DNA from: an uncultured Acidimicrobiales bacterium
Lineage (GTDB): Bacteria; Actinomycetota; Acidimicrobiia; Acidimicrobiales; CALAML01
NCBI GenBank assembly: GCA_937925845.1
Contig: CALAML010000150.1
Coordinates: 8,235 to 72,234 of the forward strand
Reading direction: 5' to 3'
Length of the DNA: 64,000 nucleotides
Below are positions 62,812 to 64,000 of the stretch, in pieces. The position numbers and the translations under genes were made by a program. The notes below the pieces were generated by a model. That model did not search any database. It was given only the letters and a program-made list of their open reading frames with translations, and was not told where the DNA came from. How positions within the stretch are numbered: the stretch's first letter is position 1; each line of letters opens with the position of its first letter.

Positions 62812-63040
62812 CTCACGTCGTCTCGCCGTTGCACTGTGCTCCGCACGGCCAGGAACCCCAGAGGCACCCCAGGCGCCGACGGGTTCCCTTGCACAGGAGC
62901 TTTTGGCTGGCCTTTGGGGCCCCGTCCCACTCGCCGGACGGGGTGCCTTTGCCCGTCGGCCAGCCAGCCTTACTTGGCTCACGCTCTACCTACACTTTGG
63001 CGCTTTGGGTTACGCCTTACGCCGCCTTTGGCAGTTGGTT
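62812..63040 (+). repeat. full-length copy A of the ~230-bp structured intergenic repeat
   Basis: The copy runs CGTCGTCTCGCCGTTGCACTGTGCTCCGCACGGCCAGGAACCCCAGAGGCACCCCAGGCGCCGACGGGTTCCCTTGCACAGGAGCTTTTGGCTGGCCTTTGG...CACTTTGGCGCTTTGGGTTACGCCTTACGCCGCCTTTGGCAG. Internal stems are GGAACCC/GGGTTCC and CCCCGTCC/GGACGGGG. Confidence 0.85.
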
Positions 63041-63638
63041 AGGCGGCTTCTCCGCAGGTCACTCCTGGGTTGGTTCCGTGGACGTGGTTGTGGCCGTCGT
63101 CGGCTACTTCTTCTTCCATGGCTTCGTCTTCTTCCATTTCCATTTCTTCCATGGCGTCGTCCTCCTCCATCTCCATGGCGCCCTCTTCTTCGCCGTCTTC
63201 GGCTTCTAGGGTTTCTCCCATTCCTACGGCGTGGACCATTACGTAGGTTCCTTCTCGCAGGGTTCCCTCGGCGGCTTCGATGCTTACGTCGGCTTTGACG
63301 TTGCCGTCGGCGTCGGCTTCGAGATCGGGGAAGTCGATCAGATGGTTGCTGGTCCGATCTTCCTCGGCACAACCAAAAGTGCCCTCCGCTTCGCCGTGGA
63401 GATGCATGGCGTGGGCGGTGTTGGGCTCGAAGCCCGAGAGCTCAATGGAGCCGGTCACCTGGTCGCCGTCCTGTGAGAGTTCGGCCGAACCGGTCACCCC
63501 GGAGTCTTCGAGGGCGCTCAAGGTGAAGGTGTGGCTGGCGGCACCCTCTTCGCTGCTATCGCCACACGCCGCGGCGATCAGCGCAAACGGCGCAGCGGCA
63601 AGGAAGGCAAGTCGAGCAGGGGTAAGACGGCTTCGCAT
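63039..63638 (-). CDS. Cu/Zn-superoxide-dismutase-like lipoprotein with Met/Glu/His-rich C-terminal tail
   Basis: Part of ORF 63039..63983. I use ATG 63638, which has GGGGAG immediately upstream. Lipobox 'LIAAAC'. 'HAMHLHGEAEGTFGC' resembles the SodC 'HGFHxHxxGxC' motif, and 'YVMVHAVG' is also present. The tail reads 'GAMEMEEDDAMEEMEMEEDEAMEEEVADDGHNHVHG'. Confidence 0.7.
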   Translation of the reverse strand: MRSRLTPARLAFLAAAPFALIAAACGDSSEEGAASHTFTLSALEDSGVTGSAELSQDGDQVTGSIELSGFEPNTAHAMHLHGEAEGTFGCAEEDRTSNHLIDFPDLEADADGNVKADVSIEAAEGTLREGTYVMVHAVGMGETLEAEDGEEEGAMEMEEDDAMEEMEMEEDEAMEEEVADDGHNHVHGTNPGVTCGEAA

Positions 63639-63726
63639 CTCCCCAACCTTAGAATCTGTCCCCAAGACCGCTTGGTCAGAAGCTCCGCCCAGCCAGTGAA
63701 CATCGTCACACCGACCCGCCACCAAC

Positions 63727-63990
63727 GACGCAACGCGCAGCTGCCAACGACGCAACGCGCAGCTGCCAAACGCGGCGAAAAACGTAACCCAAAGCGCCAA
63801 AGAGTAAGTATGACGCAAGCCAAGAGGACGGCTGGCCGACGTGCGGAGGCACCCACGTGGGCGCCGAGGGACAGGGCACCAAAGGCCAGCCAAAAGCTCC
63901 TGTGCAAGGGAACCCGTCGACGCCTGGGGCGCCTCTGGGGTTCCTGGCCGTGCGGAGCACAGTGGTACGGCGAGACGACGCAAGCCGCAG
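63727..63990 (-). repeat. full-length copy B of the ~230-bp repeat, inverted relative to copy A, with a duplicated 22-bp boundary word
   Basis: The reverse complement of 63790-63990 aligns to copy A at roughly 85% identity by eye (GTCGTCTCGCCGTACCACTGTGCTCCGCACGGCCAGGAACCCCAGAGGCGCCCCAGGCGTCGACGGGTTCCCTTGCACAGGAGCTTTTGGCTGGCCTTTGG...). ACGACGCAACGCGCAGCTGCCA occurs twice in tandem at 63727-63770. Confidence 0.85.
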
Positions 63991-64000
63991 GTCCCAAACG

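Noticed and set aside
62564-63983. ORFs running through the repeat region: 62564..63298 (+), 62739..63209 (+), the upstream part of 63039..63983 (-), 63578..63997 (-), 63010..63372 (-).
   Set aside because: They are created by the ~230-bp repeat copies (the same peptide strings recur, e.g. 'HCAPHGQEPQR'). The sequences are Arg/Leu/Pro low-complexity with no RBS. Only the 63039..63638 portion, which has a lipobox and GGGGAG RBS, looks genuine.
62722-63990. Possible CRISPR array.
   Set aside because: The repeats are ~230 bp, imperfect and partly inverted, with no regular short repeat-spacer periodicity. No cas genes are in the window.

Overview
High-GC (about two-thirds G+C by eye, not computed), gene-dense segment of an actinobacterial-type chromosome. 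The taxon call rests on a GlnR orphan regulator, glnII plus glnA, a SigB/Hrd-like sigma factor, leaderless-looking starts and heavy shadow-ORF noise. I support about 58 CDSs, one tRNA and several repeats and regulatory sites. Positions 1-18 kb hold mixed housekeeping and accessory genes: a secreted propeller/FN3 protein, AraC, a metallophosphoesterase, YceI, SPFH, a soxR-VOC divergon with a textbook SoxR box, crotonase, an RTX-repeat membrane protein, an MFS pump, tRNA-Sec, a group-2 sigma factor, a ferritin-like operon, a thioesterase, an M14 peptidase and alr. Positions 18.1-55.1 kb form one very large glycan-assembly locus in six alternately oriented, translationally coupled operons. It carries 7 glycosyltransferase domains, 6 methyltransferase domains, 5 sulfotransferase domains, 3 radical-SAM enzymes (one B12-binding, two tandem twitch/SPASM-like), 4 PhyH-type dioxygenases, an acetyltransferase, an esterase, a Wzm/Wzt-type ABC-2 exporter and two Tat-signal sulfatases. 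A hipBA toxin-antitoxin pair is embedded in it. This is my best candidate for an undescribed system: an ABC-transporter-dependent pathway for a sulfated, methylated glycan. It includes a 1235-aa sulfotransferase/coiled-coil/GT2/GT4 fusion that resembles a terminator-ruler-polymerase. Positions 55-64 kb hold ABM and NTF2-like genes, nadE, a CDF metal exporter, glnII-glnA-glnR with candidate GlnR boxes, and a SodC-like lipoprotein gene bracketed by inverted copies of a ~230-bp structured repeat. All calls come from reading the sequence and the ORF track. No database search, HMM or folding program was run. Domain names are recognised from motifs and remembered family signatures, and many start codons are judgement calls.
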